Positions 48,909 through 59,351 of a stretch of 64,000 bases of DNA are shown here, in pieces (the first letter of the stretch is position 1; the number at the start of each line of letters is the position of its first letter). The notes beneath the pieces are model-generated. The model made no database searches. It worked only from the letters and a program-made list of their open reading frames with translations, and was not told where the DNA came from. The stretch spans positions 60,082 to 124,081 of the forward strand of contig CAYSFB010000001.1 of NCBI GenBank assembly GCA_964430735.1, in the 5' to 3' direction. Source of the stretch: an uncultured Planctomycetia bacterium. Its GTDB lineage: Bacteria > Omnitrophota > Gorgyraeia > 2-02-FULL-51-18 > JAGOUK01. A program made the position numbers and the translations under genes.

Positions 48909-49938
48909 CTTGCCTCCGTATCCCGCGTCCGGACACGATGGCGCGGCGGGCGTGAAGCGGACCGACCGCTTCGAGATGCCGGGGATGCATCCCCTTGGGC
49001 TGCCGACCCGGACGCAAAACGGCGATGTTCCGACCCATGAGCAACCGCTCCCCCTTCCGTATATCGGCGACGGCCTGCACGGCGCGCTGGGCATAGGCAT
49101 GAAGTTCGCGTTCAGCGGGAAGTACGGCCTTGACCCCCGTGCCGAGCATGCGTTCGCACGCACGCACGGCGCGGACCATGTCCTTCAGCTCCTCCGCCGT
49201 CACGGCGTGCGCATGATCCGGACCCGGAAGGCGGTTGTCGAGGGTGAAGTGTTTTTCGATGCAAACGGCACCGAGCGTGACGGCGGCGATCGGGGCGGTC
49301 AAGGGGTCCCGTGAATGATCGGAGAATCCCACCGGCACGCCGTACCGCTCCCTCAAAAAAGAAATAGTCTTCAAATTGAGCGCGTCCTCCGGAGCCGGGT
49401 AGGCGGCGGTGCATTGCAGCAGCGTGAGCCTGCGGCCGCCCTTGCGGCGAAAATAACGGACCGCCCAATCGATGTCCTCGACTGCACTGGCGCCCGTCGA
49501 CAGCAGCAGGGGTTTGCCGGACCGGGCGGCGAGCTCCAGAAGCCGTGGATACGTAATCTCGTAGGAGGCGATTTTGTGCATTCGGACATAAGGATCGACC
49601 GCGCGGAAGTCCTGCTCGGAAAAAGCGGAGGAAAGGAACCGGATCCGGCGCTGCCGGCACCGCTGCGCCAACCGGGGAAGCAGATCATACGGCATGGCCA
49701 TTCGCGCGAACAGTTCCGTGATGGATTCCCGGATGCCTCGCTTGGAAAGGTAGCCGCTGGCACCGGCGTTGGCCACATACACCTGATCCGCCCGAAACGT
49801 CTGGAACTTGACCGCATCCGCGCCGGCTGCGGCGGCGGCATCCACGAGCTTCATGGCCATCGCCTGGTTGACGCGGGCTTTCTCGGAAACGCGCCAATTC
49901 GAACCCGCCTCGGCGATCACCAACGTTTTGGTCCGCAC
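48898..49938 (-). CDS. pseI: nonulosonic acid synthase, NeuB family (pseudaminic acid synthase-like)
   Basis: Probable GTG start at 49938 (VRTKTLVIAEAGSNW). AVKFQT block and a C-terminal SAF domain. Confidence 0.7.
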
Positions 49939-49939
49939 G

Positions 49940-50179
49940 CTACTCTTCCAAGTCCTTATGCGCCCAATTCCGGGCTTTGTTGTACGCTTTTCCGACCTTG
50001 TCTTCCAGGCGGGGAGAAAGGACACGCAGGATCTCCTTTCCCATGATCCGGTACTGCTTGCCGATCTTGGCGGCATGGATCAGCCCCTTTTTGATCATGC
50101 GGGTCAACGTGCTGGAGCTGATCTTGAGCAGCTCCTGCGTCTCCTCGTGCGTATAGACCTCGTTTTCTTTGATTTCCAT
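49940..50179 (-). CDS. small excisionase-family HTH DNA-binding protein, paralog of 1658-1867
   Basis: Start MEIKENEVYTHEETQELLKISSSTLTRMIKKGLIHAAKIGKQYRI at 50179 behind a GGAGG RBS. Its stop abuts the pseI-like start. GC content is lower here. Confidence 0.55.
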   Translation of the reverse strand: MEIKENEVYTHEETQELLKISSSTLTRMIKKGLIHAAKIGKQYRIMGKEILRVLSPRLEDKVGKAYNKARNWAHKDLEE

Positions 50180-50258
50180 AGATCCTCCAAAATCACAATG
50201 TATCAACAGATGTCATTAGTAGTCAATAGTGGTCATGCTCGTCTTCATCCCAGGCAGG

Positions 50259-50298
50259 TTATTTACAAGCGGCGTATAGCGTGTATAATCCCTGTCTT
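50259..50298 (+). promoter_or_regulatory. putative sigma70-type promoter (TTTACA-N15-TATAAT), probably giving a leaderless or near-leaderless mRNA for the methyltransferase
   Basis: TTTACA at 50263-50268, TATAAT at 50284-50289, ATG at 50299. It sits in a 120-bp AT-rich divergent intergenic region. Confidence 0.35.
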
Positions 50299-51051
50299 AT
50301 GCCATCCAATCAAAAAACGACGCCCCAATCGAACGACACTTCCTTTGACTATCACAAGGTCCGCGCAGGACATTACGACAAGATCTGCACGGACGGCGGC
50401 AAGATCCGCACCTTTTGGCATCAGTACCGCTTCCAGGAGATCGAGAGGATGATCGATTCGGACCAAAACTCCCGCATCCTGGATCTGGGGTGCGCGAACG
50501 GCACTTTTTTGGGCAATCTTAAAAAGCCCTACGCCAAAGCCGTGGGACTTGAGCTTTCCAAAAGTCAGGTGGAAACGGCGAATCGGTTGTACGGGAGCGA
50601 AAAGCTGACGTTTTTGACGGGAGATGTGAGGGAGTTGAAGCTTCCCGAGGGCGGCTTTGACTACATCGTGATCAGCGAAGTGATCGAGCACGTCACCTAC
50701 GACAAGTCGATCCTGCTGCTCAAGCGCATCCACGAGCTTCTATCCGACCGAGGCCGGCTCGTTCTTACGACGCCCAATTACCAGAGCCTATGGCCGGTGT
50801 TGGAATTTTTTGTGAATAAATTCACGGATGTGAGCTACGAGCACCAGCACATCAACAAGCTCAATCTCAAGACGCTCGATCAGCTGATCGCAAAGGCGGG
50901 CTTCAAGGCGGAACGGCTCGAAACGTTCCATATCGTCGGCCCCTTTTTGGCGGGTATTTCCGAAAAGCTCGCTTCCAATGTGTGCGATTGGGAGAAGCGC
51001 GCGTTCCCCCGTTGGGGAGAGGAGATCAACCTGCGCGCCGTCAAGGCCTGA
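50299..51051 (+). CDS. class I SAM-dependent methyltransferase (plus strand; converges on the next gene)
   Basis: Motif I ILDLGCANGTF; post-I LSDRGRLVL. It is the only plus-strand gene within the glycan array, and GC content is about 55%. Confidence 0.65.
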   Translation: MPSNQKTTPQSNDTSFDYHKVRAGHYDKICTDGGKIRTFWHQYRFQEIERMIDSDQNSRILDLGCANGTFLGNLKKPYAKAVGLELSKSQVETANRLYGSEKLTFLTGDVRELKLPEGGFDYIVISEVIEHVTYDKSILLLKRIHELLSDRGRLVLTTPNYQSLWPVLEFFVNKFTDVSYEHQHINKLNLKTLDQLIAKAGFKAERLETFHIVGPFLAGISEKLASNVCDWEKRAFPRWGEEINLRAVKA

Positions 51052-52426
51052 CCGGCGCCGCCTTTCCCCCGTTCTTTTCCCGTATCCACGAAACCCCGAG
51101 CAGCAGCAAGTACCCGGTCAATCCCGCCAGCAGCAGGTAGTTCGGCCGTTTGAAATAGGCAAAAAGTCCTACCAAGGTCAGCATCAGATACAGCCATGGG
51201 TTCTTTGGAAAACGCGCCAGAATGAGCCATGGGAACGACCACGTCAGATACCACTGGGACCAGGCAGAGGTGATCTGGAAACAAAAGCCCAAAAAGGCCA
51301 CGGTGAGGATTTTCATGAACGCGGATGAGGCGGCCTGCGGGACCCTGAAGCACGCGATCAACAGACCAGCGTAAAGGACCAGATATCCCTTGCGGAAGAT
51401 GGCGGATATCAGCTCGGGGCTCACATCAAGACCGGCGAGACCCAGCGCCTGCCGGACCGCATACGGGACCGCATTCGTATAGAATCCGTCCGAGAACGCG
51501 AGCAGAAATTTAAAATGCTCCATGATTTTTTCCAAAAACGGCGCATACAGCGCAGCGATCAGCAGGAGACCTGCGAGCGACGTCATGACAAGCCACCGAA
51601 GGACGGCTTTCCAACCGCCCAGGCGGAACTGGGACTTGAGCGCCATGATGAACAAAAACGGCGCAGCGTAAACGGCCGTGTACTTACTCATGATCGCCAG
51701 GAGGGTCAACAGCATCGCCGCAGTGTTTTTGGAGGCCGTAAGCGCGAGCACCGCAAACACCAAAAAGCCGATCATGAAGATGTCGTTGTGCCCGTCCTGA
51801 AGGAAAGAGACGATCACGAACGGATTGAAGCAGAACATTGACATGGCGATGCCCGGATTTGCGTCCATGAGGCGGGCAAGCCGGCCGATGCCGAATGTGG
51901 TCACGGCCAGCATCGCCAAGGTCATCAGCTTGAAACACCAGGTCGGGGCCCATACGGTGTGACCGCAAAGCCAGGTCACCAAAGCCTGGATGTATGCGGT
52001 GACAGGGCCGTAGGATTGCGGGACCCTCGTCCAGACTGAGAGCGGATAAAACAAGTCTTGGGGGAACTCCATCGGATAGTGCGCATACGGGCTGAGGCCG
52101 TAATGCGACATGATCCTTCCGCGGATCAGGTATTCGTTCAAGTCTCCCGAGAATATCGGGAAGGAAGTGGCGATCAGGGCCCCGGCCGCCAGATAGAGGG
52201 TGATGCTTCGGGCGCTGAAGCCGGGAGTGATCCTAAAATAAATGAGCCAGGTCGTCGGAAGCAGCATCAAAAAAACCAAGTTGATCCAGACCCGGCCGTA
52301 CGGGTGCAGCGGCGGAAGGTTGCCGTCTCCAAATGCGTTTTTTACAAAATGAAACGTGATCAGCAGCAAAAGGACCGCCAGATGAATGGCGATCGCCCGC
52401 TTTTCGATCCACTTAATCAAGTTCAT
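51041..52426 (-). CDS. polytopic membrane protein, GT-C-like (DUF2029/GT87-like?)
   Basis: Start MNLIKWIEKRAIAIHLAVLLL at 52426; at least 11 TM helices. Confidence 0.35.
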   Translation of the reverse strand: MNLIKWIEKRAIAIHLAVLLLLITFHFVKNAFGDGNLPPLHPYGRVWINLVFLMLLPTTWLIYFRITPGFSARSITLYLAAGALIATSFPIFSGDLNEYLIRGRIMSHYGLSPYAHYPMEFPQDLFYPLSVWTRVPQSYGPVTAYIQALVTWLCGHTVWAPTWCFKLMTLAMLAVTTFGIGRLARLMDANPGIAMSMFCFNPFVIVSFLQDGHNDIFMIGFLVFAVLALTASKNTAAMLLTLLAIMSKYTAVYAAPFLFIMALKSQFRLGGWKAVLRWLVMTSLAGLLLIAALYAPFLEKIMEHFKFLLAFSDGFYTNAVPYAVRQALGLAGLDVSPELISAIFRKGYLVLYAGLLIACFRVPQAASSAFMKILTVAFLGFCFQITSAWSQWYLTWSFPWLILARFPKNPWLYLMLTLVGLFAYFKRPNYLLLAGLTGYLLLLGVSWIREKNGGKAAPVRP

Positions 52427-53627
52427 CCGCCGCCTCCCTAAGTATGACGTCCGCCACGACCGCATGAGCCTCCCGGGTCCAATGGGAATCCATCGCAAAG
52501 TACATTCGCTTCCCTCCCCCGGGTTCCCGCGCTGCGCGGATCAGGTCTTCTGACGGGTCGATCAGCGGAAGGCGCAGCCGGGCGCAGATGGCTTCAAGCC
52601 TCTTGGCGACTTCCCGGATATCCCAGTCGGTGTCATTGAACCCATAACGGATCCTGGTGGCCAGCCAATGCTCGGGGTACACCGCCGGTCTCGGCGGCAC
52701 ATACACGATAACGAGCCGGCCTCCGTCATCTTCGATCCGCTCCTGTAATTTTTTCAGAATGGCTTCGGTGAGGACCCATGCCTCCTCCGTCCGCTGGTCG
52801 GGCCTCACGGCCCAGACCTTAAAATCCGCCGGAATTTCTGCCAATTGCACTCCGGTGAGACCGGCACGCGCCGCCCAACCGACCAGAACGGAGCTCTCCC
52901 GGACCTTCTTCCGGATCCAGGCATAAAGCTTGGAATGCCCGGACAAATATTCCTTGGCGGCGACCAGAGGGTTCGGGCGCGCCGACGGCGCGGACGCGCC
53001 CGGTCCCGCCGAAGGCGCCCAATTCGGATCGGGATGGTGAGCCAGCACGAGCTCGTCGTTCCGGTATTCGAGCCGTGGCTTCTGGACATCGATAAAAACA
53101 TCCTCGGTGTTCATCCAGACATCGTTGTCATGAAACAGCAGCAAGGTCAGGTCGGGATCGAACTTTTTTCCCTCTTCCAGATATGTCAAATACTCCTGGT
53201 CCGTGCTGTATCCGCTGACCCCCAGGTTCCGGACGTCGAACTTTTTGTCCGCTGCGCGCGCGTTCAGGAGGGCCTGCAGCCGCTCCGAGAACCTCTCCTC
53301 CAGGAGGATCTGGTCCGCCTGCGCGAAGGAATCGCCGAGCACCAGGATCCGCTTGACGGCCGGATCCGCCGCAGACTCAAATTCCCCTCCCCGATACCCG
53401 TCCGCATTCACATAAAAGTCGATGTGCCGGCCGTCTTCCGACCGGTAGCTGTGAGACCCCCGGGTCAATCGAGGGTTCAGCTTCCATCCGAGGGTCGGAT
53501 GGAATTCGCCGATCTTGACCGGAGCATGACTTGCGGCCTGAGCGATGCCGATGACCCTGAGGGTCAGCTCGCAGCCGACGAGAAGCGCGCCGCACACGAA
53601 ACAGAAAAGAAGGATATTTTTAATCAT
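52413..53627 (-). CDS. membrane-anchored SGNH/DHHW-family protein (AlgX/AlgJ-like), paralog 2
   Basis: N-terminal TM helix, ILVLGDSFAQ (GDS block), C-terminal AMDSHWT (D-x-H-W). Confidence 0.55.
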   Translation of the reverse strand: MIKNILLFCFVCGALLVGCELTLRVIGIAQAASHAPVKIGEFHPTLGWKLNPRLTRGSHSYRSEDGRHIDFYVNADGYRGGEFESAADPAVKRILVLGDSFAQADQILLEERFSERLQALLNARAADKKFDVRNLGVSGYSTDQEYLTYLEEGKKFDPDLTLLLFHDNDVWMNTEDVFIDVQKPRLEYRNDELVLAHHPDPNWAPSAGPGASAPSARPNPLVAAKEYLSGHSKLYAWIRKKVRESSVLVGWAARAGLTGVQLAEIPADFKVWAVRPDQRTEEAWVLTEAILKKLQERIEDDGGRLVIVYVPPRPAVYPEHWLATRIRYGFNDTDWDIREVAKRLEAICARLRLPLIDPSEDLIRAAREPGGGKRMYFAMDSHWTREAHAVVADVILREAADELD

Positions 53628-55134
53628 GGGGCGTGGGTTCAGGGCGCTGCCGGTCCTTCAATTCAAAAATGACATAGTTCGAAGCGATCCTGATCGGGAC
53701 GTATCGGCGCTTCAGTTCAGCGATGAATTCGGGAGGGTTCGGCAGATCGCTCAGCTGGGACTGGACATAATAGGAAGCTCCTTGAGAACGTCTGCGGTCC
53801 AGGTCCGACAGAATGTCCTCCGCGGTCCGGCCCCGGACATCGATCGTCCATCCTCGGCGGTCACAAAAATAGACCTGCACGTTCGATCCCCCGTAGCCCG
53901 CGACGACAAGCGCGTCCTTTGGAGCGACGGCATCCAGCGCCTCTCCGGCTTCCCGGGTGACCGCCAAATTCCCGGGCACCGAGAATATCCCCCGGTAATA
54001 ATGGGCGGTTGTCACGACGCTGCAAACCAGCGCAACAAACCCCAATGCGCGGATCTGCCGGCGGAACCTTCCTCCGGTAGAAGCAAGAGAAGCCGACCCG
54101 ACGCCGACCGGAACGGCCAAAAAAGCCGCGAGGGGGTATTGATAGTACCCGTGATCGATCAGAATTCTCCACAATCCCAGTACATAAACGGCCATGCTAA
54201 AAGCCCACCAGGCCACGGCGTGATCCTTCTTTTTCCAACAACTCCAGGCGCCGACGGCGGCCGCCAAAACGCCGGCAGGCGTCAGGATGTGCAGCAAAAA
54301 GATCTTGAGGATCCTGACCAAATAGAGCGGCGCCCAAAGATCCCAGTATCCGGAGCCCTCGGGGCCCCGGGTATGAACAAAAGCGAACGGCAGGTACGCC
54401 AGTTCCAAGGTCCGGCCGGCATGCCACATCGCGAGATACCAAGGCAACGACCCCAGAGCGATCGCGGCGTAAGCCCAGTTCTTCCATCTTCCAAAAAGGG
54501 CCGGTCCCTGCACCGACCAAAGCATGACAAAGGCCGGGAGCAAAAGAGGCGCCGATTGGATCTTCGTCGCCACGGCCAAAAAAGCGCAAACGGACGACGC
54601 CCAGAACCATCTTTCGCGGCCAAAGGTCCTGTACCGGTCCATGAAAAAGAGCGCCCCAAGCACGGAAGCCAGCATCATGGCGTCCGGCTGCAAAGCCCGG
54701 GAAAGCCCGAGACTCAAAGGACTGAAGGCAAAAAACGCGGCTCCAAAAAGCGCGGCCGGACGGCCGTAGCGCCTCCGAATCCAGAGATAAAGGAAGCTGA
54801 TCGAGATCATCGAACACGCCACCGGCACCAGACGCGCGGCCCAGGCTTTGACGCCGCCGGCAACGGCATATCCAAGCGCCATCAAATACGGCGTGAACGG
54901 CATTTCGGCGTTGAAAAGATACGGACCGTGCCCGTTCTCGTCGATCTGAGGATAAAAAAAGTTCCAATCTCGCTGATAAAAGTTCCGGGCGACGGAAGCG
55001 ACGATGGCCTGGCGCGACAGCGAGTTGTAAGGTTCGAGGGTGGGGAGATCGATCTGCCAAAGGCGGATCAGGAGCGCGGCGGCGAACAGAAGCGCCGCCG
55101 GAAAACTAATTTTTTTTAGAACCGGTAAAAACAT
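53620..55134 (-). CDS. GT39/ArnT-like GT-C membrane glycosyltransferase
   Basis: Start MFLPVLKK at 55134 (55143 is possible). PMT_2-like loops and at least 11 TM helices. Confidence 0.55.
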   Translation of the reverse strand: MFLPVLKKISFPAALLFAAALLIRLWQIDLPTLEPYNSLSRQAIVASVARNFYQRDWNFFYPQIDENGHGPYLFNAEMPFTPYLMALGYAVAGGVKAWAARLVPVACSMISISFLYLWIRRRYGRPAALFGAAFFAFSPLSLGLSRALQPDAMMLASVLGALFFMDRYRTFGRERWFWASSVCAFLAVATKIQSAPLLLPAFVMLWSVQGPALFGRWKNWAYAAIALGSLPWYLAMWHAGRTLELAYLPFAFVHTRGPEGSGYWDLWAPLYLVRILKIFLLHILTPAGVLAAAVGAWSCWKKKDHAVAWWAFSMAVYVLGLWRILIDHGYYQYPLAAFLAVPVGVGSASLASTGGRFRRQIRALGFVALVCSVVTTAHYYRGIFSVPGNLAVTREAGEALDAVAPKDALVVAGYGGSNVQVYFCDRRGWTIDVRGRTAEDILSDLDRRRSQGASYYVQSQLSDLPNPPEFIAELKRRYVPIRIASNYVIFELKDRQRPEPTPHD

Positions 55135-55849
55135 TGCGCGCAATGACCCGGAGATACCCCTGGATCGTTCGGCCGACCCTCATCTTGCTCTTGCCGATCC
55201 GGTTGGCGCCCTGCAGCACCATCGGCACCTCGTCCAGCCGCTGACCCAGCTTACTCATCCGGACCAGCAGCTCCAGCACGCACGCAAAACCCTTCTCCTG
55301 ATAAAAATCCCCGTAAGCTTCCCGCACGGCCCGAAGAGCGCGGACGCGGTACAGACGGAAGAACGAGCTGTACGTGTGGATGCCGCGCACGCCCAGCGTT
55401 CCGGATATCAAAACGTTCGCCGCGCGGCTCAACAGCTTGCGGTGCCAGGCCGTCCCCTCGACGGACCCACCCTTGGCATAATACGAAGCGACGACCAGAT
55501 CCGCTCCGGCAGCCGCTTTGGCCAAAAACCCTGTGACAAGGTTCAAATCCGCCGTGCGGTCGGATTCGAGCGTCACGATAAAATCCCCGTCTTTCGCCTG
55601 TTCCAGAAGCGAGTTGAACCCCCGGCGGAACGCTTCGCCCGGTCCCTGGTTGGGTTTGTATGAAAGGACTTCACAGGGATATCGCGCCGAGCATTCCGCG
55701 ACGATCTCGGCCGTCCGGTCGCCGCTTCCGTCGTCCGCGATCAGCAGACGGTATTCGATCCCGTGCGACCGGGCAAAAGCGTCCACGTCCCCGATCAACC
55801 CCGCGACATTGGCTTCTTCGTTATAGGCCGGCGCCAAAAAGTAAATCAT
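55106..55849 (-). CDS. GT2 polyprenyl-phosphate sugar synthase (GtrB/ArnC/DPM1-like)
   Basis: Start MIYFLAPAYNEE at 55849 (overlaps the upstream stop); LLIADDGSGDRT block. Confidence 0.65.
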   Translation of the reverse strand: MIYFLAPAYNEEANVAGLIGDVDAFARSHGIEYRLLIADDGSGDRTAEIVAECSARYPCEVLSYKPNQGPGEAFRRGFNSLLEQAKDGDFIVTLESDRTADLNLVTGFLAKAAAGADLVVASYYAKGGSVEGTAWHRKLLSRAANVLISGTLGVRGIHTYSSFFRLYRVRALRAVREAYGDFYQEKGFACVLELLVRMSKLGQRLDEVPMVLQGANRIGKSKMRVGRTIQGYLRVIARNVFTGSKKN

Positions 55850-55851
55850 AC

Positions 55852-56808
55852 TCAGAACGCTCCGCCCCTTGACGCCTCGAGCCGGATCCACTCGACCGTG
55901 CGACGGATCCCCTCCTCCAGCGGCGTGGTCGGCTTGTAATTCAAGTGGGCGCGGGCCGCATCGATCGACGCCAGGCGGCGGGAAACGCTGTCCCAGTTCC
56001 GGCGGGGCCGGAATTCGACCCCGGCCTTGTTGCCCGTGCATTCGTTGATGATCTCAGCGACCCGGAGGATGGGCGTTTCGACCCCCGAAGCGATGTTGAA
56101 GATCCGGCCCGAGATCCCTGGGGTCTTGAGCGCCGAAACGACACCGTCGACCGTGTGGCCGTTGAAGTTGTAGTCGCGCGTCTCGGTACCGTCTCCGGTG
56201 ATCGACAGCGGCTTGCCCTGAAGGGCAAGGTGGATAAAATTAGGGATCACGTTCCGGTATTTTCCGGGCCGCTCCCCGGGCCCGAACGCGTTGAAGAATC
56301 GAAGGATCACCGTGTCCATTTTATAAAAATCGTGAAAAAACCGGACGTACCGCTCGCCGAGCAGCTTGGTGATCGCATAAGGGGTATCCAAGCTGAATTC
56401 CTGCGTGTCTTCTTTGAGCACGCCGCCCTTGTTGCCGTAAACGCAGGAAGATGAGCTGTAGACGATTCGCCGGACCCCGGCGCGGTGGGCGTACTCCAGC
56501 ACCTTGAGCGTGCCCATGCCGTTCACTTCCAGGTCCTTGCGCGGATAGTCGACGGAATTTTGGTTCGCAAAATTGGCGGCCAGATGACAGACGTGGGTCA
56601 GGGGCTTTGAAAAGATCTCTTTGAGGATCTCGTCGTCCGTGACGCTGCCGCGCAAGAAGGTGAGCTTGGGGCTGGCTGGAAGATTTTCAATATATCCGGA
56701 CGAAAGGTCGTCCAGAACCACGACCGAACGCACGTCCGCGTCCGCCGCGAGCCTGCTAACCACATTTCCGCCGATCGCCCCGGCGCCGCCGGTCACAAGA
56801 ATATCCAT
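55852..56808 (-). CDS. NAD-dependent epimerase/dehydratase (UDP-glucuronate decarboxylase/ArnA-C-like extended SDR)
   Basis: ILVTGGAGAIGGN and YAITKLLGE motifs. Confidence 0.7.
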   Translation of the reverse strand: MDILVTGGAGAIGGNVVSRLAADADVRSVVVLDDLSSGYIENLPASPKLTFLRGSVTDDEILKEIFSKPLTHVCHLAANFANQNSVDYPRKDLEVNGMGTLKVLEYAHRAGVRRIVYSSSSCVYGNKGGVLKEDTQEFSLDTPYAITKLLGERYVRFFHDFYKMDTVILRFFNAFGPGERPGKYRNVIPNFIHLALQGKPLSITGDGTETRDYNFNGHTVDGVVSALKTPGISGRIFNIASGVETPILRVAEIINECTGNKAGVEFRPRRNWDSVSRRLASIDAARAHLNYKPTTPLEEGIRRTVEWIRLEASRGGAF

Positions 56809-56835
56809 GATTCCCCCTCAGTGAAGAATCGCAGA

Positions 56836-58332
56836 CTATACCATGTCTGCCGGAAGGCGGGCAACACGGCCGGCGGCGCCATCGGCTCCGGCCGCGGCGG
56901 ACGGCCGGCTCAAGCGTTCGGCGATCGCCAGAGCGGCGGCGGCATGCCCCTCATCATTCCAATGCGTATCATCGCGCCAGTACAGCATCCTCGAAGGCCC
57001 TGGCGCGGCGCCCCCGGCCCAAGCAGCGTTTCGAAGAAGAGGTTTCAGATCCAAGAAGTCGAATCCGTTCTCCCGCGACAGCTGTCCGACAACCGTCGCG
57101 AATCCGGAGGATTCGGCATCGCCGTCCGAGCCTGCCGCGCCGGCGCCCCGCATCAGCTCCCGATACACGCCCTCTTTGGTCGGTACGGACACCACCAGGA
57201 CCTGGATCCCCCGATCTGCGGCCAGCCGCGCCATGGCACGAAAAACCTCGGCCAGGCTTTTGTAATTGGGGTGGCTGCGAACCGATTCGGCGGAACGCTC
57301 TTCTTCGGATAGAAAAGACTTCAGAAAAAGAACGGGGCGGCCGCTTCCGTCATCCGACTGAACAACGTCCCGGGATGCGGACCGGCCGAGACGGACCGCA
57401 TAGCGGATCTTGTCGAAGAGTCTGCGCAGCGGAGAGAGATTTCGGAATGTACTCCAGCGGACCAGGGCCCTCTCCGGGAGGCTCAGCAGCCTCGGATGGA
57501 TCGGCCCGTAGTCGCTTCCCAGATCGTTGCCCGTAAAAAAAGTCCAGACGAGCTTTGATCCGGGGGCGATCTTGATCCTCGGGAGCTCCGTTTTCATATG
57601 GATCCACTCGTTCCACGGGGACCCAAAAGTGGAGAGGTTATAAACCCTGCGGCCATGTTCGGAGCCGAGCAGGGACGGCCAGGTTTTTTCCTGCGACACC
57701 CCGAAGCCCGCGCCAAAGGAATCTCCAAGCGCGATGAGGTCCACGTCCGATGCACCCGCTCCGGAAGCGTTCCTGAAGCCGTGCGCGTCCGTGCTGAATA
57801 CGATCGTCCTGGGTTCGGCGGCCGCGTCGTTGCCGCTCACACCGATCAGATCACCGACCACAATCCCGCGATAGTTGGAATTCGGAACAAAACGCGCCTG
57901 AACGGGCAGCGAAGGCCAGCGTCTCATCAGCGCGTCCTCGGGGCGGCCGCCGATCCTGTCTCCGATCACCGGCCTCAGCGCGAGATCCGAGGCCGTCAAA
58001 AAAAGCGCCGTTGCCGCCGCCGCCAAAAGCACGCGGTCGAGCCTCCACCGAAGCATGCGCTGCGCGCTGGAGGCAGCGATCAGCAGCGACAGTCCTGCGG
58101 CAACGTAAAGGACGGCTGCTTTGGGGGGAAAAGCGATCGCTGCCAGCGGAGAGAAAAAAATGACGGACCAGACCGGCATCCATACCCGCTTGGGCACGGG
58201 CTCCGAGGATCTGGTCTCCTGCGCGCTCACCGCCGCCTCTTCGACGCGCGGAGGAGGCGTCTGTCGAGCGCGGACACGATGCGCTCGGCAGCCCGACCGT
58301 CCCACTTGGGAGGGACGAGGCCGCGCTTCCAA
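56836..58332 (-). CDS. membrane-anchored SGNH/DHHW-family protein, paralog 3
   Basis: IALGDSFGAGFG (GDS block) and RDDTHWND (D-x-H-W). The start is uncertain; an internal Met at about 58179 is possible. Confidence 0.5.
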   Translation of the reverse strand: MEARPRPSQVGRSGCRAHRVRARQTPPPRVEEAAVSAQETRSSEPVPKRVWMPVWSVIFFSPLAAIAFPPKAAVLYVAAGLSLLIAASSAQRMLRWRLDRVLLAAAATALFLTASDLALRPVIGDRIGGRPEDALMRRWPSLPVQARFVPNSNYRGIVVGDLIGVSGNDAAAEPRTIVFSTDAHGFRNASGAGASDVDLIALGDSFGAGFGVSQEKTWPSLLGSEHGRRVYNLSTFGSPWNEWIHMKTELPRIKIAPGSKLVWTFFTGNDLGSDYGPIHPRLLSLPERALVRWSTFRNLSPLRRLFDKIRYAVRLGRSASRDVVQSDDGSGRPVLFLKSFLSEEERSAESVRSHPNYKSLAEVFRAMARLAADRGIQVLVVSVPTKEGVYRELMRGAGAAGSDGDAESSGFATVVGQLSRENGFDFLDLKPLLRNAAWAGGAAPGPSRMLYWRDDTHWNDEGHAAAALAIAERLSRPSAAAGADGAAGRVARLPADMV

Positions 58333-59351
58333 CGCCCGGCCAACGCACGGTCGACGAGCGCCGGCACGGCCGAGGGGTCCTCACCGGCCAACACGTTCGT
58401 GCCCATGCTCAGCGTCACCGGGCGCTCCGTATTGGGCCGAAGGGTGATGCATGGCCGGCGAAGATACGTCGTCTCCTCCTGAATGCCTCCCGAATCAGTC
58501 AAAGCAAATGCGCAGGACCCGATGAGCCTTAAAAAATCCAGATATCCCAGCGGGTCGCACAAGACGAGACCCGGGATCCGTTTGAGCCGCCGATCCAGCC
58601 CAAAACGCTTGGCATTCGCCAGCGTCCGCGGGTGAATCGGAAACACCAGACGGGTCTTCTTGGCAACCGTCTCGAGAACGCCCAGAATGCGCGCAAAAGC
58701 CCGAGGATCATCGACATTGATCGGCCGATGAAGCGTCAAGACGCCGTAGCCCCCGGTCCGAACGCCGAGGCGGTCCAAAATACCCGATCGGCGGATGGCC
58801 GGGCGGTTGGCGACCAGCGCGTCGATCATCACATTGCCGGTCCAATCGATCCGCTCAGACTCAACCCCCTCCCGACTCAGGTTGCGGACGCCCGACGGCT
58901 CGCTGACGAACCAAAAATCGGAGATCCGATCCGTGAGCACCCGGTTGATCTCTTCCGGCATGGAAGTATCGAAGCTCCTGAGACCCGCCTCCACATGAGC
59001 GACCTTGACGCCCAATTTGGCGGCGGCCATCGCGCAGGCGATCGTCGAATTCACGTCGCCGACGACCAGCACGACGTTGGGCCGATGCTTGAGAAGGACA
59101 GGCTCGAACGACTCGAGAATACGGGCGGTTTGGACCGCGTGGCTCCCCGACCCCACGCCCAAATGCTCGTCCGGCTTGGGAATGGCCAAGTCCTGAAAAA
59201 AACTTTCGGACATCGCGTAGTCGTAGTGTTGACCGGTATGCACCAGGATCGTCTCAAAGTCCGCGCGGTGCTTCCGGAACGCGGCCGCGAGCGGAGCGAT
59301 CTTGACGAAGTTGGGGCGGGCGCCGGCGACCATCAGGATACGGTGTTTCAT
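58227..59351 (-). CDS. wecB: UDP-N-acetylglucosamine 2-epimerase (WecB/NeuC family), second copy
   Basis: Start MKHRILMVAGARPNF at 59351 (ATGA overlap); HVEAGLRSFD motif. Confidence 0.75.
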   Translation of the reverse strand: MKHRILMVAGARPNFVKIAPLAAAFRKHRADFETILVHTGQHYDYAMSESFFQDLAIPKPDEHLGVGSGSHAVQTARILESFEPVLLKHRPNVVLVVGDVNSTIACAMAAAKLGVKVAHVEAGLRSFDTSMPEEINRVLTDRISDFWFVSEPSGVRNLSREGVESERIDWTGNVMIDALVANRPAIRRSGILDRLGVRTGGYGVLTLHRPINVDDPRAFARILGVLETVAKKTRLVFPIHPRTLANAKRFGLDRRLKRIPGLVLCDPLGYLDFLRLIGSCAFALTDSGGIQEETTYLRRPCITLRPNTERPVTLSMGTNVLAGEDPSAVPALVDRALAGRWKRGLVPPKWDGRAAERIVSALDRRLLRASKRRR

